From positions 288,001 to 352,000 of the forward strand of contig JBCBUK010000003.1 in the NCBI GenBank assembly GCA_039818205.1: 64,000 bases of DNA. Direction: 5' to 3'. Positions within the stretch are counted from its first letter, which is position 1. Every line of letters starts with the position of its first letter. This DNA is from Verrucomicrobiota bacterium (GTDB lineage Bacteria > Verrucomicrobiota > Verrucomicrobiia > Opitutales > Cerasicoccaceae). Both the position numbers and the translations under genes were made by a program. The notes beneath the pieces were generated by a model. That model had not been told where the DNA came from and made no database searches. It saw only the letters and a list, made by a program, of their open reading frames with translations. Below are positions 29,576 through 41,489 of the stretch, piece by piece.

Positions 29576-29788
29576 ATGACTAGTGCATTGATTACCTATC
29601 TGGCCGTTGGGCTATTGCTTTTATCAGCGCTCTATTTTTGGGAGATCAAGACGGCGCCATCGTGGAAGTCCCGAGTGTTGCCGTGGCCCGTGGTGTTCGC
29701 CGAATTAGGTTTTTTGCTCCTGATTGTTTGGCCGATTGTTCTACCGTTCAAATTGATTCAATTGAAGCAGGTCTCTCGATCTCGCTAA
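29576..29788 (+). CDS. Small hypothetical membrane protein
   Basis: 70 aa with two hydrophobic segments; co-oriented and fills the gap between genes. Confidence 0.45.
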   Translation: MTSALITYLAVGLLLLSALYFWEIKTAPSWKSRVLPWPVVFAELGFLLLIVWPIVLPFKLIQLKQVSRSR

Positions 29789-29863
29789 AGTTTTTTGAGC
29801 CAATTAGAGTACTCTTTTCCCTCCGTGCTTGCATCGCCCAAATGGGGGGATTAGCCATTCTTT

Positions 29864-31678
29864 ATGTCGACGACAATCCCGGTTAACTGCGAACCCAAGA
29901 CCAATCACCGCGCCCTTTTAAAGTGGGTGGATAAAATGATCACCATGTGCGCGCCGGACGCGGTTCATTGGTGTAGCGGAACGCAGGAGGAGGCCGACGC
30001 GCTTTTCGCCATGATGATGCAGAAGGGCAGTTGTATCAAGCTCGACGAAGATAAGCGTCCAAATAGTTATCTCTTCCGTTCGGATCCCCGGGATGTTGCG
30101 CGGGTTGAGTCGCGCACGTTTATTTGCTCAGTCAACAAGAACGACGCTGGGCCAACGAACAATTGGGAAGAGCCGCGGGCGATGCGCCGCAAGATGAAGA
30201 AGCTTTTCAAAGACTGCATGAAGGGGCGCACCATGTATGTCATCCCTTTCAGTATGGGACCCATCGGCGGACCGATTTCGCAGATTGGCGTTCAGGTGAC
30301 GGATGCGCCTTACGTGGTGGTAAATATGCGGATCATGGCCCGCATTGGTGATGCCGCATTGGATGCCTTGGGCAAAGACGGCTTCTTCGTCCCGTGTCTG
30401 CATTCGGTGGGATGCCCCTTGGAGCCCGGTCAAAAAGATGTCGCCTGGCCCTGTGATCCAGACAACACCCACATCGTCCACTTCCCCGAAGAGCGGACGA
30501 TCGTGTCCTATGGCTCGGGTTACGGTGGCAACGCCTTGCTCGGCAAAAAGTGTTTTGCACTTCGCATCGCTTCAACCATGGCGCGCGACGAGGGATGGCT
30601 GGCCGAGCACATGTTGATCCTCGGGATGAAAGATCCTGAGGGTAACAAGACCTACGTTACCGCGGCGTTCCCGAGTGCCTGCGGAAAGACCAATTTTGCC
30701 ATGTTGATCCCGCCCAAGGAAATGCAGGATCATGAAGTGACCTGCGTGGGCGACGACATCGCGTGGCTCAAACCCGGCCCCGATGGCCGCGTCTACGCGA
30801 TCAACCCCGAAGCTGGTTTCTTCGGAGTCGCTCCGGGCACCTCAGCGGAAACCAACCCGAACGCCATGGCCTCGTGCGCCAAGGACACGATCTTTACCAA
30901 TGTCGCACTCACCGATGATGGCGACGTCTGGTGGGAAGGGATGACCAAGGAGAAGCCGGCGCACCTGATCGATTGGAAAGGGAAGGATTGGACGCCCGAT
31001 TCCGACACGCCAGCCGCCCATCCCAATAGCCGATTTACCGCACCCGCGAGCAACTGCCCGGCGATCGATCCCGATTGGGAAAAGCCGGAGGGCGTGCCCA
31101 TCAGCTCGATCATTTTTGGTGGTCGCCGCATGCAGGACATCCCGCTCGTTTTCCAATCCTTCAACTGGAGCCATGGTGTCTACCTCGGAGCGACCATGGG
31201 CAGTGAGCGCACCGCCGCCGCCGAAGGCAAACAGGGCGAACTCCGCCGCGATCCAATGGCCATGCTTCCGTTCTGCGGTTATCACATGGGAGACTACTTC
31301 CGTCACTGGTTTAATTTTCAAAAGGGCCTTGCCCAGACCCCACGCATCTTCCACGTCAACTGGTTCCGCCGCGGCGAGAACGGTGAGATGCTGTGGCCGG
31401 GCTTCGGTGAAAATATGCGCGTGCTCAAGTGGATCATCGAGCGTTCTTCCGGGAAGAATTTCGCCCGCGAAACGCCACTTGGCTGGATGCCTCACTATGA
31501 TGATATCGACTGGCGCGGGCTCGATTATTCCGAGGAGCAATTCGAAGAAGTCATGTGCTTCAATCGCGACCGCACCAAGATGTCGACCCTCCAGCACGAG
31601 GACCTCTTCCTGCGTCTCTCCGACCATCTCCCCAAGGAACTTATCTTCGAGCGCGAACTATTGATCTCGAGGTTGTAG
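29864..31678 (+). CDS. pckG: Phosphoenolpyruvate carboxykinase (GTP)
   Basis: [56 protein letters not shown]. Confidence 0.97.
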   Translation: MSTTIPVNCEPKTNHRALLKWVDKMITMCAPDAVHWCSGTQEEADALFAMMMQKGSCIKLDEDKRPNSYLFRSDPRDVARVESRTFICSVNKNDAGPTNNWEEPRAMRRKMKKLFKDCMKGRTMYVIPFSMGPIGGPISQIGVQVTDAPYVVVNMRIMARIGDAALDALGKDGFFVPCLHSVGCPLEPGQKDVAWPCDPDNTHIVHFPEERTIVSYGSGYGGNALLGKKCFALRIASTMARDEGWLAEHMLILGMKDPEGNKTYVTAAFPSACGKTNFAMLIPPKEMQDHEVTCVGDDIAWLKPGPDGRVYAINPEAGFFGVAPGTSAETNPNAMASCAKDTIFTNVALTDDGDVWWEGMTKEKPAHLIDWKGKDWTPDSDTPAAHPNSRFTAPASNCPAIDPDWEKPEGVPISSIIFGGRRMQDIPLVFQSFNWSHGVYLGATMGSERTAAAEGKQGELRRDPMAMLPFCGYHMGDYFRHWFNFQKGLAQTPRIFHVNWFRRGENGEMLWPGFGENMRVLKWIIERSSGKNFARETPLGWMPHYDDIDWRGLDYSEEQFEEVMCFNRDRTKMSTLQHEDLFLRLSDHLPKELIFERELLISRL

Positions 31679-31727
31679 AATCATTCGCGATCCTTAGTCC
31701 TTAGAAACGCACAAACTGTTTGAGACC

Positions 31728-33218
31728 ATGAACCAAGCCGCCATCTTCCTATTGTTTGCCGTCTTTGCCGGGATGGCTTTCGCACAAAGCGTCCCTGAAC
31801 CAAAAAGTTTTGATCAAACCGATGGCGTCCTCCAAAACGCGCGCGCGATCGAAGACATCGAGTATACGATGATGGTCCAGCGCGCCACGCAAACGGCAAT
31901 TTATTATATGCCTGCGGTGGGAATGGTCGACTTCATCAAGGCCACGCGTCGCATTGGTGGCGACATCAATGATGTCGTATACCTGTATGAACCATTGGGC
32001 TCGGATGACGGTTTTTTAACTGCCAATGACGTGACTGCCTATTGCTGGGCATCCTTGTCATCCGAGAACGGGCCAATCATTGTCGAAGTTCCTCCAGCCA
32101 CGGATAAGGTCAGCTATTTCGGTACGATTGTGAATGCCTGGGACCAACCGATCGAAGACGTGGGGCCCTCGGGTAAGGACGAAGGAAAAGGTGGCAGATT
32201 CCTTCTGCTTCCGCCCGATTACGATGGGGAGCAATCGGTAGCGGAACTGGAGCGGGAAGGATATATCGTCTGCGAGACCGATACCTATCAGTATGGCTTT
32301 TCGTTTCGCCCGCGCTTGTATAACGGTGCCACGGATAAGGACGCCGGCGACTATGCAAAGGGCGTGAAAATCTATCATCTCTCCGAAGCGGATAACCCAC
32401 CAGCGACGAACTATGTCGATGCCACTGAAAAGAGCTACGACTGTTTGCCTTATTACAACTATACCTACTTTCAGGACATAAATGATGTTATCCAGGGAAA
32501 CCCAATCCGTCTGCAGGACAAAGCGATGGCTTCGCTCCTAAAGGACCTGGGGATTGAGAAAGGAAAGCCCTTCAATCCGACGGTTCGTCAGAAGCAGGCC
32601 ATCCATGAAGGTTTGTTGCTCGCCTACGCGTCGATGCAGGACTTCTTTGTTGCCGATGGAAAAGCCTGTGTTCCTTTGTGGAAAGACAAAGATGGAAATC
32701 TTCAGTCACAGTGGATAGTCTGGGACTTCGCGCCCGGCCAGCCACAAGCAGGATTTCCTTATGAAACCGAGGACGCCATCCTGATCGATGACCGTGCCGG
32801 TGGCAGTTATTTTTGGATCACCTACTTACCCAAGATCCTTGGCGGTGGTACCTTCTACCTTACTGGCCTCCGGGATACGAACGGCGATATGTATGACCCC
32901 CAGGCAACCTACAAACTCAATGTGCCCAAAGATACGCCAGCGAAAGATTTCTGGTCGGTCATCGTCTACAGCATGGAAACGAAAAGCTTTATTCGTGACG
33001 TGCCACGTGTCGGACTGTCTTCGCGCGATGCGGACACCATGCAGGTCAACGACGACGGATCGTACGATATCTACTTCGGCCCCAAGGCACCGACGGGTAA
33101 GGAATCAAATTGGATACCAACGGGCGAAGACTTCTTTTTACTCTTTCGCTTGTATGGCCCCGAGAGCAAAGAATTCTACAAAACTTGGATGCTCGGCGAC
33201 CTGGAGAAAGTCGATTGA
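31728..33218 (+). CDS. Exported DUF1254/DUF1214 domain protein
   Basis: Signal peptide, LTANDVTAY, GPIIVEVPP, GGRFLLLPP, FWSVIVY, DGSYDIYFGP, NWIPT, FRLYGP. Confidence 0.88.
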   Translation: MNQAAIFLLFAVFAGMAFAQSVPEPKSFDQTDGVLQNARAIEDIEYTMMVQRATQTAIYYMPAVGMVDFIKATRRIGGDINDVVYLYEPLGSDDGFLTANDVTAYCWASLSSENGPIIVEVPPATDKVSYFGTIVNAWDQPIEDVGPSGKDEGKGGRFLLLPPDYDGEQSVAELEREGYIVCETDTYQYGFSFRPRLYNGATDKDAGDYAKGVKIYHLSEADNPPATNYVDATEKSYDCLPYYNYTYFQDINDVIQGNPIRLQDKAMASLLKDLGIEKGKPFNPTVRQKQAIHEGLLLAYASMQDFFVADGKACVPLWKDKDGNLQSQWIVWDFAPGQPQAGFPYETEDAILIDDRAGGSYFWITYLPKILGGGTFYLTGLRDTNGDMYDPQATYKLNVPKDTPAKDFWSVIVYSMETKSFIRDVPRVGLSSRDADTMQVNDDGSYDIYFGPKAPTGKESNWIPTGEDFFLLFRLYGPESKEFYKTWMLGDLEKVD

Positions 33219-33319
33219 TTTATCCGCTGCTACCAAAACCTTCAAAGGGGAATGAGCGGTCGTATTGTGTTAAGGTCATTCGTGCAGAGCCGGAATGACG
33301 ATCGCCAATTGAGGCACCT

Positions 33320-34138
33320 CTACTTGATCTCGATTTCCTCGGGCTCGAATTCGACTTTGGGGTAGGTTAGTTCCAGGGATTCGAGCAGGCCAACCACAAT
33401 GCGCGCGACAAGAAGATTGCGGGCCCATTTCCGGTTGGCTGGGATGATATACCAGGGCGCAAAATCTTCGCTCGTTTTTTCCAGGACGTCCTCGTAGGCC
33501 TCCATGTACTGGTCCCATTTTTCGCGGGCAATGAGATCGCTTTGGTCGAACTTCCAGTTCTTGGCCGGGTCATCCAGGCGCTTTTGCAGGCGGTCTCGCT
33601 GAGTCTCCCGATCAATATGGAGGAAAAATTTCAAAATGAGCGTTCCCTCATCGGCGAGCATGCGCTCAAACTCGATCATGTGGCGAAAACGCTTCTTCCA
33701 AACCGCCTCTGGCTGTAGCTCGTTGACTCGGACCGCTAGCACGTCCTCATAGTGGCTTCGGTCAAAGACCACGATTTCACCGCTCTTGGGCACCTCACGA
33801 TGCACGCGCCACAGGTAGTCGTAGCTCAACTCGCGCCGGGTGGGCTTGTCAAAACTGGCAACATCCACCCCTTGCGGGTTCACGCCTCGAAAGACGTGCC
33901 GAATCGTTCCGCCCTTGCCGCTGGTATCCATCCCTTGCAGGACAACCAGTAACTTTCGGCGTCGATCAATGAAAAAGCGCTTCTGGAGATCGGCAAGCTG
34001 CTCATTGAGCTCTTCCAGCTCCTCTCGGCCGCGCTCCTTGTCATCGGGAATATCGTGCCCAGGATCTGAGGGCACTTCCTCCAAATGCGGTCTTTTGCCT
34101 GGTTTGACCGCGTATCGCTCAAATCCTTTGACTACCAT
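33320..34138 (-). CDS. ppk2: Polyphosphate kinase 2 family protein
   Basis: LQGMDTSGKGGTI Walker A, VNPQG, FDRSHYEDV, KFFLHI, APWYIIPAN. Confidence 0.93.
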   Translation of the reverse strand: MVVKGFERYAVKPGKRPHLEEVPSDPGHDIPDDKERGREELEELNEQLADLQKRFFIDRRRKLLVVLQGMDTSGKGGTIRHVFRGVNPQGVDVASFDKPTRRELSYDYLWRVHREVPKSGEIVVFDRSHYEDVLAVRVNELQPEAVWKKRFRHMIEFERMLADEGTLILKFFLHIDRETQRDRLQKRLDDPAKNWKFDQSDLIAREKWDQYMEAYEDVLEKTSEDFAPWYIIPANRKWARNLLVARIVVGLLESLELTYPKVEFEPEEIEIK

Positions 34139-34298
34139 GCTGAAGAGGTATCATTCACGTGACAGCCCCGACGTCAAACCGTACGATAAGAGAAATGAGC
34201 ATTGCTTATCGAGACAGCAAAAGCGTGAACTTGCTTGTGTAGTGGTTCTAAAATATCTTTCTGAGATTCGTTTGTAAATTAGCTCGAATCAGTCCGCC

Positions 34299-35105
34299 AT
34301 GAAATTTTTGCTTTTTGGATTGCTTTGTTTCCTGTTGGGATTCGCGGGAGGTGTCTTGTTGATTCAGGCAGTAATCGGTGAAACCGAACCTATCGTCGTT
34401 TATCGATTGTTGAAAGGGGAGGCTGACAGATCTGAAAGAAGCTGGGCTGCCGGGTCTGTTTCGGCTGATGAAGAAGCAGAGATTGGGGCGCTGGAACAAA
34501 TTACTGCGGAAAATGATGATGGTTCTATAATAACAATCACATTTTTGGCCGATGGCAGCTCTGATGAAAGAGAAATGCAGGCCAAGGAGATCGGACTAAA
34601 TCTTGATCGCATTCTTAACATGGAGACTGTGGGGCTCAGTGAAAATCTCGTTTTGACTGAAGAAGCGCGGATCAAATACCGGCTCACAAGGGAACAAGTT
34701 GCGGAGGTAAATCAGTATTTCGTCACTAAGCTTGGTGAGCTCGAGGAATATCAGAGGGAAAATGTGACCATCGAAAGAGTGGGAGATGCCAAGATCCAAG
34801 CTAGAATTCCTCCTTATCCTGACGACAGAGATCTAGAGACCGAATTACTCGAAGATCTCGAGCGTTTGGTAGACTCAGATATTGCCGGAGGAATTTTCTA
34901 CGGTAGCCAGGCGAATTTAGTGCAGTCTTTTCATGGCCTCGGCAAGTGGGATCGCGTCATTACTTTTAGTAGTTTGAGCAGTGATAAGATCGCTATCGAG
35001 GATGTATACACGAATGCCGTCGGTATGGAGGTGATGTCGATATGGAGTACAACGGCTGATCTCCCCGCCGAGTATCAGCATTTTCTGAAGATGGTTGAGG
35101 AGTAG
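34299..35105 (+). CDS. Hypothetical membrane-anchored/exported protein
   Basis: 268-aa ORF with a hydrophobic N-terminus and acidic body; no family recognised. Confidence 0.7.
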   Translation: MKFLLFGLLCFLLGFAGGVLLIQAVIGETEPIVVYRLLKGEADRSERSWAAGSVSADEEAEIGALEQITAENDDGSIITITFLADGSSDEREMQAKEIGLNLDRILNMETVGLSENLVLTEEARIKYRLTREQVAEVNQYFVTKLGELEEYQRENVTIERVGDAKIQARIPPYPDDRDLETELLEDLERLVDSDIAGGIFYGSQANLVQSFHGLGKWDRVITFSSLSSDKIAIEDVYTNAVGMEVMSIWSTTADLPAEYQHFLKMVEE

Positions 35106-35254
35106 GAATTGCTTCGGCGAGACCCGCAACCATGCGGTCAAAAATCTATCCTTGCCGATCGGAATTTTGGCGTCTAGAACGTGTACTAGAGCGTCATTAG
35201 GCGCATTTTCAGCATCGGAACGGAAGGTTATGGCGGCTCCGGCCAAAATAACTG

Positions 35255-35302
35255 AATTTTTTCAAAAAAATCGCTTGCATTGAGTGATGCGAAGCGTAGT
35301 CT
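35255..35302 (+). promoter_or_regulatory. Putative sigma70 promoter of the ribosomal superoperon
   Basis: A/T tracts (UP-like), TTGCAT at 35275-35280, 16-bp spacer, TAGTCT at 35297-35302, ~90 nt upstream of rpsL. Confidence 0.5.
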
Positions 35303-35392
35303 CCGTCCCTTTCCCTGAAACCCCGCTGGTTCAGGCACATGTGTGTATTGATGCCGCGGGTCTTCTTATTTTCCGGAAATCCACCTATTTTC

Positions 35393-35773
<381 letters not shown>

Positions 35774-35789
35774 TTAAAATTTTAGAACC

Positions 35790-36263
35790 ATGTCACGTCG
35801 TCGTAGAGCAGTTAAGCGGAATGTCCCCGCCGATCCACGTTACCAAAGTCAACTCGTTGCGAGCTTGATCAACCTCGTTATGGAGCGCGGCAAGAAGTCC
35901 ATCGCTGAGCGCATTGTTTACAGTGCCTTCGAGCGGGTTTCCGAAAAGCTTGAAAAGGGCGATCCAGTCGATCTGCTCCTCGGTGCTTTGGAAAACGTCC
36001 GCCCAAAGCTAGAAGTTAAAAGCCGCCGTGTTGGTGGTGCGACTTACCAGGTTCCTGTTGAAATTTCCTATGAGCGCCAGCAAAGCCTCGCTTTCCGCTG
36101 GCTTGTCGACTCCGCCAAGAAGCGCAAAGGCATCCCAATGCGTGAGTCCCTCGCTCAAGAGATCATCGACGCCTACAATAATACCGGTGGCGTTGTGAAG
36201 AAGAAGGAAGAGACCCACAAAATGGCGCAAGCAAACCGCGCCTTCGCTCACCTCCGCTGGTGA
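35790..36263 (+). CDS. rpsG: 30S ribosomal protein S7
   Basis: [27 protein letters not shown]. Confidence 0.99.
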   Translation: MSRRRRAVKRNVPADPRYQSQLVASLINLVMERGKKSIAERIVYSAFERVSEKLEKGDPVDLLLGALENVRPKLEVKSRRVGGATYQVPVEISYERQQSLAFRWLVDSAKKRKGIPMRESLAQEIIDAYNNTGGVVKKKEETHKMAQANRAFAHLRW

Positions 36264-36315
36264 GCTTTTGATTTTTTATTAACCCTTAACCGTCGTTCTT
36301 TGACCAGTCTAACCA

Positions 36316-38478
36316 ATGTCCGCTACGCTCCAGTTGTCCCCTGCGAATGCTTCCGATCGGAAGTACCCGCTGGAGTATACGCGTAACATCGGGATCGCCG
36401 CGCACATCGATGCCGGCAAAACGACGACAACCGAACGAGTTCTTTATTACTCTGGCGTTGTTCACAAGTTGGGCGAAGTCCACGAAGGCACTGCGGTGAC
36501 CGACTGGATGGAGCAGGAGCGTGAGCGTGGAATCACGATCACCTCTGCAGCAATTTCCTGCAACTGGACGACCAAAGAAGGGCCTTTCGGCGGCACCGAG
36601 CACCAGATCAATATTATTGATACACCTGGGCACGTTGATTTTACCGCTGAAGTGGAGCGCTCCCTGCGCGTCCTCGACGGAGCTGTCGGTGTTTTCTGCG
36701 CCGTCGCTGGTGTCCAGCCCCAGTCCGAAACGGTCTGGCGCCAAATGGACAAATACCACGTCCCCCGCATCGCGTTCATCAATAAAATGGACCGGACGGG
36801 GGCTGATTTTTTTGCAGCTGTTGAGTCTATTCGCGAGAAGCTCGGTGGGAACGCTCATCCGATCTATCTGCCAATCGGGGCGGAGGATCAGCTGAGCGGT
36901 CTGATCGATTTGGTCACCATGCGTGCTGCGGTCTACGACCAAAGCGATGTTTCTGGTGTCGCTTTTGAATGGCAAGACATCCCAGCTGACCACCTCGAGC
37001 AAGCGGAAGCACACCGTGAGGAGCTAATTGAAGCGCTTTGTGATTTCGACGACGAGCTCGCTGAAAAGTATCTCGGCGGCGACGACGTTCAGCCGGACGA
37101 CATCCGCACGGGTATCCGGAAAGCAACCATGAGCCTCGATTTTATCGGCGTAATTCCCGGTTCTGCTTTTAAGAACAAGGGTGTGCAGATGCTCATGGAT
37201 GCAGTTGTCGACTACCTTCCAAGCCCAGTCGATGTGAAGCCAATGCCGGCCCACGACGAAGATGGTGAGCGTGAGATCGATCCGATTGTAGCTGATGACG
37301 CAGGTAGCGTATGCGGCCTGGCATTCAAGCTGATGAACGATTCCTTCGTTGGAAAACTCGTCTTTTTCCGAATTTATCGCGGCACCCTGCGCAAGGGTTC
37401 GATGCTCTACAATCCACGCACCCGCCGGAGCGAACGCATTTCCCGCCTCATGATCATGAAGGCTGATGCACGCGAAGACATCGATATCGCTCATTCGGGC
37501 GACATCTGTGCTCTGGTTGGAGCGAAGGATGTCATCACCGGCGATACGCTTTGCGAAAAATCGAATCCACTCGTTCTGGAGCCACCGTCGTTCCCTGAGC
37601 CGGTCATTTCGATGTCCATCGAGCCCAACACCAAGGCCGACCAGGAAAAGCTCTCGCTGGGACTTCAGCGTCTTGCCGAAGAAGACCCGACTTTTAAGGT
37701 AAGCTCAAACGAGGAAACCGGCCAGACCATCATCTCTGGAATGGGCGAGCTTCACCTCGAGATTATCCGCGACCGATTGTTCCGTGAGTTCAAGGTCGAG
37801 GCCGAAGCCGGCAAACCGCAAATTTCCTACCGCGAGACCATCACCCAAGCAGCCGACGGCGAAGGCAAGTTCGTTCGCCAATCCGGAGGTAAGGGGCAGT
37901 ATGGTCACGGCTTCATCAAGCTTGAGCCACAAGAAGCCGGGAAGGGCGTCGAAGTCGTCAACGAAATCGTTGGTGGTGCAATCCCGAAAGAATACATCAA
38001 GCCTTTCATGGATGGCGTCAAGGAAGCCGCCAACACCGGCACGATCGCTGGATATCCAGTTGTCGATTGGAAAGTCCGCGTCGTTGATGGATCATTCCAC
38101 GAAGTCGATTCCTCGGAGATGGCCTTTAAGATGGCCGGTATTTTTGCATTCCGTGACGCGGCGGACAAGGCAGGCGCTGTTCTCCTTGAACCGATCATGG
38201 AAGTCGAAGTTTCTGTGCCCGAAGAATACCAAGGCGATATCGTTGGTGATATCAACCGTCGCCGTGGTCAAATCCAAGGTATGGAGTCCAAGAATGGCCT
38301 GGCTGTTCTTTCCGCAAAAATCCCCCTGGAAACCATGTTCGGTTACGCCACCGACGTGCGTTCTTTGTCCAAAGGCCGCGCAAATTACAGCATGACGCCG
38401 CTTTGCTTCGAGCAGGTTCCTGGCAGCGTGCTCAAAACCATTGTTGAAACCTCCGGCTATATGCCCGCCCGTTCCTAA
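36316..38478 (+). CDS. fusA: Elongation factor G
   Basis: [36 protein letters not shown]. Confidence 0.99.
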   Translation: MSATLQLSPANASDRKYPLEYTRNIGIAAHIDAGKTTTTERVLYYSGVVHKLGEVHEGTAVTDWMEQERERGITITSAAISCNWTTKEGPFGGTEHQINIIDTPGHVDFTAEVERSLRVLDGAVGVFCAVAGVQPQSETVWRQMDKYHVPRIAFINKMDRTGADFFAAVESIREKLGGNAHPIYLPIGAEDQLSGLIDLVTMRAAVYDQSDVSGVAFEWQDIPADHLEQAEAHREELIEALCDFDDELAEKYLGGDDVQPDDIRTGIRKATMSLDFIGVIPGSAFKNKGVQMLMDAVVDYLPSPVDVKPMPAHDEDGEREIDPIVADDAGSVCGLAFKLMNDSFVGKLVFFRIYRGTLRKGSMLYNPRTRRSERISRLMIMKADAREDIDIAHSGDICALVGAKDVITGDTLCEKSNPLVLEPPSFPEPVISMSIEPNTKADQEKLSLGLQRLAEEDPTFKVSSNEETGQTIISGMGELHLEIIRDRLFREFKVEAEAGKPQISYRETITQAADGEGKFVRQSGGKGQYGHGFIKLEPQEAGKGVEVVNEIVGGAIPKEYIKPFMDGVKEAANTGTIAGYPVVDWKVRVVDGSFHEVDSSEMAFKMAGIFAFRDAADKAGAVLLEPIMEVEVSVPEEYQGDIVGDINRRRGQIQGMESKNGLAVLSAKIPLETMFGYATDVRSLSKGRANYSMTPLCFEQVPGSVLKTIVETSGYMPARS

Positions 38479-38513
38479 TCCTCTTTTCCACACCCAAGAA
38501 ATCCTTTCTCATC

Positions 38514-38822
38514 ATGGCAGGTCCAAAAATTCGCATCAAACTCCGCGGTTACGATTACCGCATCATCGACCAGTCGGCAGCTGACATTGTAGACACCGCG
38601 AAGCGCTCTGGCGCCCGCGTCAGCGGTCCCGTGCCGATGCCCACTCGCATCGAAAAGGTGACGGTTAACCGTTCCCCGCACGTTGACAAGAAGTCGATGG
38701 ATCAATTTGAACTGCGCACTCACAAGCGCCTCATTGACATCATTGAGCCCACCGCCCAGACAGTGGACGAGCTGAAGAAGCTCAACCTCCCAGCTGGCGT
38801 GGATATCAATATCACTGTTTAA
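38514..38822 (+). CDS. rpsJ: 30S ribosomal protein S10
   Basis: [31 protein letters not shown]. Confidence 0.99.
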   Translation: MAGPKIRIKLRGYDYRIIDQSAADIVDTAKRSGARVSGPVPMPTRIEKVTVNRSPHVDKKSMDQFELRTHKRLIDIIEPTAQTVDELKKLNLPAGVDINITV

Positions 38823-38956
38823 TCACAACAAAACCTTAACTTAATTCGTTAACCGTCCGTTACTAAGCGATTTTTTAACTGACAGTTTTAACCTTCACGC
38901 AGGTCTCACGACAACGGAGACGCGGAGCAATCCAACTTTCCACCTGCCTCTGACTT

Positions 38957-39604
38957 ATGAGCTTTACCCTAATTGGTAAGAAAATTGGGATGACCCAGAT
39001 ATTCGACGGCAACGCGCTTGTGCCCGTGACCGTTGTTGAAGCTGGACCATGCCCAGTCGTTCAAGTTAAGTCCTCCGAAAAGGATGGCTACGAAGCCGTG
39101 CAAATCGGCTACGGTCCTCAAAAGGAACACCGCGTTTCCAAGCAACTCCAAGGTCACTTCGCTGCTGCAAAGGTAGCGCCGACCAGCGAGCTCAAGGAAT
39201 TCCGCACGGGTGACAACGAGGACGAATACAACGTTGGTGACGTTCTTACGGTTGCCAAATTCAATGAAGGCCAGAAGGTCGACATTATTGGCACGACCAA
39301 AGGTAAGGGTTTCCAAGGCGTTGTTAAGCGCTGGGGATTCTCTGGTGGGCCGGCTACGCACGGTTCGATGACGCACCGCCGCGGTGGTTCCTACGGTCAG
39401 TGCCAATGGCCAGGTGAGGTCTGGAAGGGCAAGAAGATGCCCGGTCACACCGGTAGCCGCAGCCGCACGACACAGAACCTTCGTGTTGTTAAAATCCTCG
39501 AAGATAAGAACTTGCTCCTGTTGAAGGGCAGTGTTCATGGCCCTAACGGCGGCACGGTTTATATCCGCACCGCAATCAAGAAGAAGCGCTCAGAACAAGC
39601 GTAA
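38957..39604 (+). CDS. rplC: 50S ribosomal protein L3
   Basis: GKKIGMTQIF, KGKGFQGVVKR, GKKMPG. Confidence 0.99.
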   Translation: MSFTLIGKKIGMTQIFDGNALVPVTVVEAGPCPVVQVKSSEKDGYEAVQIGYGPQKEHRVSKQLQGHFAAAKVAPTSELKEFRTGDNEDEYNVGDVLTVAKFNEGQKVDIIGTTKGKGFQGVVKRWGFSGGPATHGSMTHRRGGSYGQCQWPGEVWKGKKMPGHTGSRSRTTQNLRVVKILEDKNLLLLKGSVHGPNGGTVYIRTAIKKKRSEQA

Positions 39605-39624
39605 TTTAGCCGGAGATTATACCA

Positions 39625-40248
39625 ATGAAGCTTAAAGTATTTACCGCCGACGGCAGCTCCAGCACTGAAAAGGAGTTTGCTATCCCGACTTTCGAGGACG
39701 ACAAGGGTCTTCAAGCACTTAAGGAAGTCGTCGTCAACTATCAGTCCAACCAACGCCAAGGCAATGCGAAGGCCAAGACCCGCGCCGAAGTGCGTGGTTC
39801 GGGCAAGAAGATCTATCGCCAGAAGGGCACCGGTAACGCACGTCACGGTGACCGTCAGGCACCTATTTTTGTTGGCGGTGGCGTTGCTCACGGACCGAAA
39901 CTCCGCGACTGGACCAAGCACACCAATAAGAAGGTTAAACTCTTGGCTATGCGTCGTGCATTGTTTGACAAAGCAAGCGACGGTGAGATTGCCGTTATTG
40001 AGAAATTCGAGATGTCGGCTCCTAAGACCAAGGATTTCGCCTCGATTCTCGGCAACATCAAGCCAGAGGGCAAAGTCCTGATCGTTGACCAACAGTTCGA
40101 CGACAACACCGCACTTTCCGCGCGCAACCTCGCTCGCGTCCACATTACCGATTCTGCATCCCTCAATCCATGGGACCTCGTACGTTTTGACAATCTGGTC
40201 ATCACGGAAAAGGGAATCGAGCAAGTTCTCGCCCGCACTGCACAGTAA
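39625..40248 (+). CDS. rplD: 50S ribosomal protein L4
   Basis: KTRAEVRG, RQKGTGNARHG, GGGVAHGPK. Confidence 0.99.
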   Translation: MKLKVFTADGSSSTEKEFAIPTFEDDKGLQALKEVVVNYQSNQRQGNAKAKTRAEVRGSGKKIYRQKGTGNARHGDRQAPIFVGGGVAHGPKLRDWTKHTNKKVKLLAMRRALFDKASDGEIAVIEKFEMSAPKTKDFASILGNIKPEGKVLIVDQQFDDNTALSARNLARVHITDSASLNPWDLVRFDNLVITEKGIEQVLARTAQ

Positions 40249-40268
40249 CCAATAACCGGCGAACGATC

Positions 40269-40559
40269 ATGATTTCCCCCGACACCATTATTAAAGAATA
40301 CCGCGTGACGGAAAAGGCAGCCGATCTGACTGCTCATACCAATAAGTATACTTTCGAAGTATTTCCGTCGGTAAACCGTCGTCAGGTTGCATCCGCAGTC
40401 GAGAAGCTCTTTGACGTCAAGGTAGTGCGCGTAAACATCCTTAACCAGCGCCCAAAGACCAAGCGTAATCGCATGGCCCGTGGACGCGCCGGCAGCACTG
40501 CTGCCGTCAAGAAAGCAATCGTCACTCTCGCTGAGGGCGAAAGCATTGAACTTGCATAA
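40269..40559 (+). CDS. rplW: 50S ribosomal protein L23
   Basis: VTEKA, YTFEV, VEKLFDVKV, KKAIVTL. Confidence 0.97.
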   Translation: MISPDTIIKEYRVTEKAADLTAHTNKYTFEVFPSVNRRQVASAVEKLFDVKVVRVNILNQRPKTKRNRMARGRAGSTAAVKKAIVTLAEGESIELA

Positions 40560-40582
40560 ACTTTTAGGAGCTTAGAAACGAC

Positions 40583-41440
40583 ATGCCGCTCGTATCCAAC
40601 AATCCGACCACTCCGAGTCTGCGATTCCGCATTCAGAACAAACAGGACCTCGCGCCCAATAAGCCGGAGAAGAGCCTTACTCAGTCGCGCCACAATCCCA
40701 AGGGCCGCAACTGTTATGGCCGCATCACCTCGCGTCACCGTGGGGGTGGCCACAAGCGCCTTTATCGCTTGATCGATTTCAAGCGCGAGCGCCTCGATCA
40801 GGAAGCTGAAGTTTTGTCGATCGAATACGATCCAAACCGTTCGGCGAATATTGCCCTCGTGCAGTATCCTGACGGCGAGAAGCGCTACGTTCTCGCTTGG
40901 CGTGGGCTTCAGATTGGTCAAAAGGTCGTCAGCACCAACGAAAAGGTCGAGGAGTATACTCCGGGTCTTTGCTGCCAGCTGAAGAACATTCCACCAGCAA
41001 CTTTTATCCACGCAATTGAGATGCAGCCTGGCCAAGGCGCCCGCATTGCCCGCAGCGCGGGTCAGTCGGCTCAGTTGATCTCGATTGATGGTGCTTACGC
41101 CACGATCAAGATGCCTTCGGGAGAAATCCGTAAGGTTCACTCTTCTTGCCGCGCCACTATCGGTCGTGTCGGTAACGAAGAGCACGGTGACGAAGTCATT
41201 GGTAAGGCTGGACGTAACCGCTGGAAGGGCCGTCGCCCCAAGGTTCGTGGTATGGCCATGAACCCGGTCGATCACCCAAATGGTGGTGGTGAAGGTCGCT
41301 CGAAGTCTGGTGGTGGTCGCCAGCACCCAACTTCTCCATGGGGTCAGCTCGCTAAGGGCTATCCAACCCGTAAGAAGTCCAAGCAATCCAACGCCCTGAT
41401 TCTTGTTCGCCGCAATGGTCGCAAGATGAAGAAGCGTTAG
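40583..41440 (+). CDS. rplB: 50S ribosomal protein L2
   Basis: RHRGGGHKR, EYDPNRSA, RGMAMNPVDHPNGGGEG. Confidence 0.99.
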   Translation: MPLVSNNPTTPSLRFRIQNKQDLAPNKPEKSLTQSRHNPKGRNCYGRITSRHRGGGHKRLYRLIDFKRERLDQEAEVLSIEYDPNRSANIALVQYPDGEKRYVLAWRGLQIGQKVVSTNEKVEEYTPGLCCQLKNIPPATFIHAIEMQPGQGARIARSAGQSAQLISIDGAYATIKMPSGEIRKVHSSCRATIGRVGNEEHGDEVIGKAGRNRWKGRRPKVRGMAMNPVDHPNGGGEGRSKSGGGRQHPTSPWGQLAKGYPTRKKSKQSNALILVRRNGRKMKKR

Positions 41441-41466
41441 TCTCTCTTTTCTTTAATCACAATTCT

Positions 41467-41483
41467 GCAATCCGCAATCCGCA
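41467..41483 (+). repeat. Short heptamer tandem repeat (GCAATCC)x2.4
   Basis: GCAATCCGCAATCCGCA in the rplB-rpsS spacer. Confidence 0.5.
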
Positions 41484-41489
41484 TAATTC

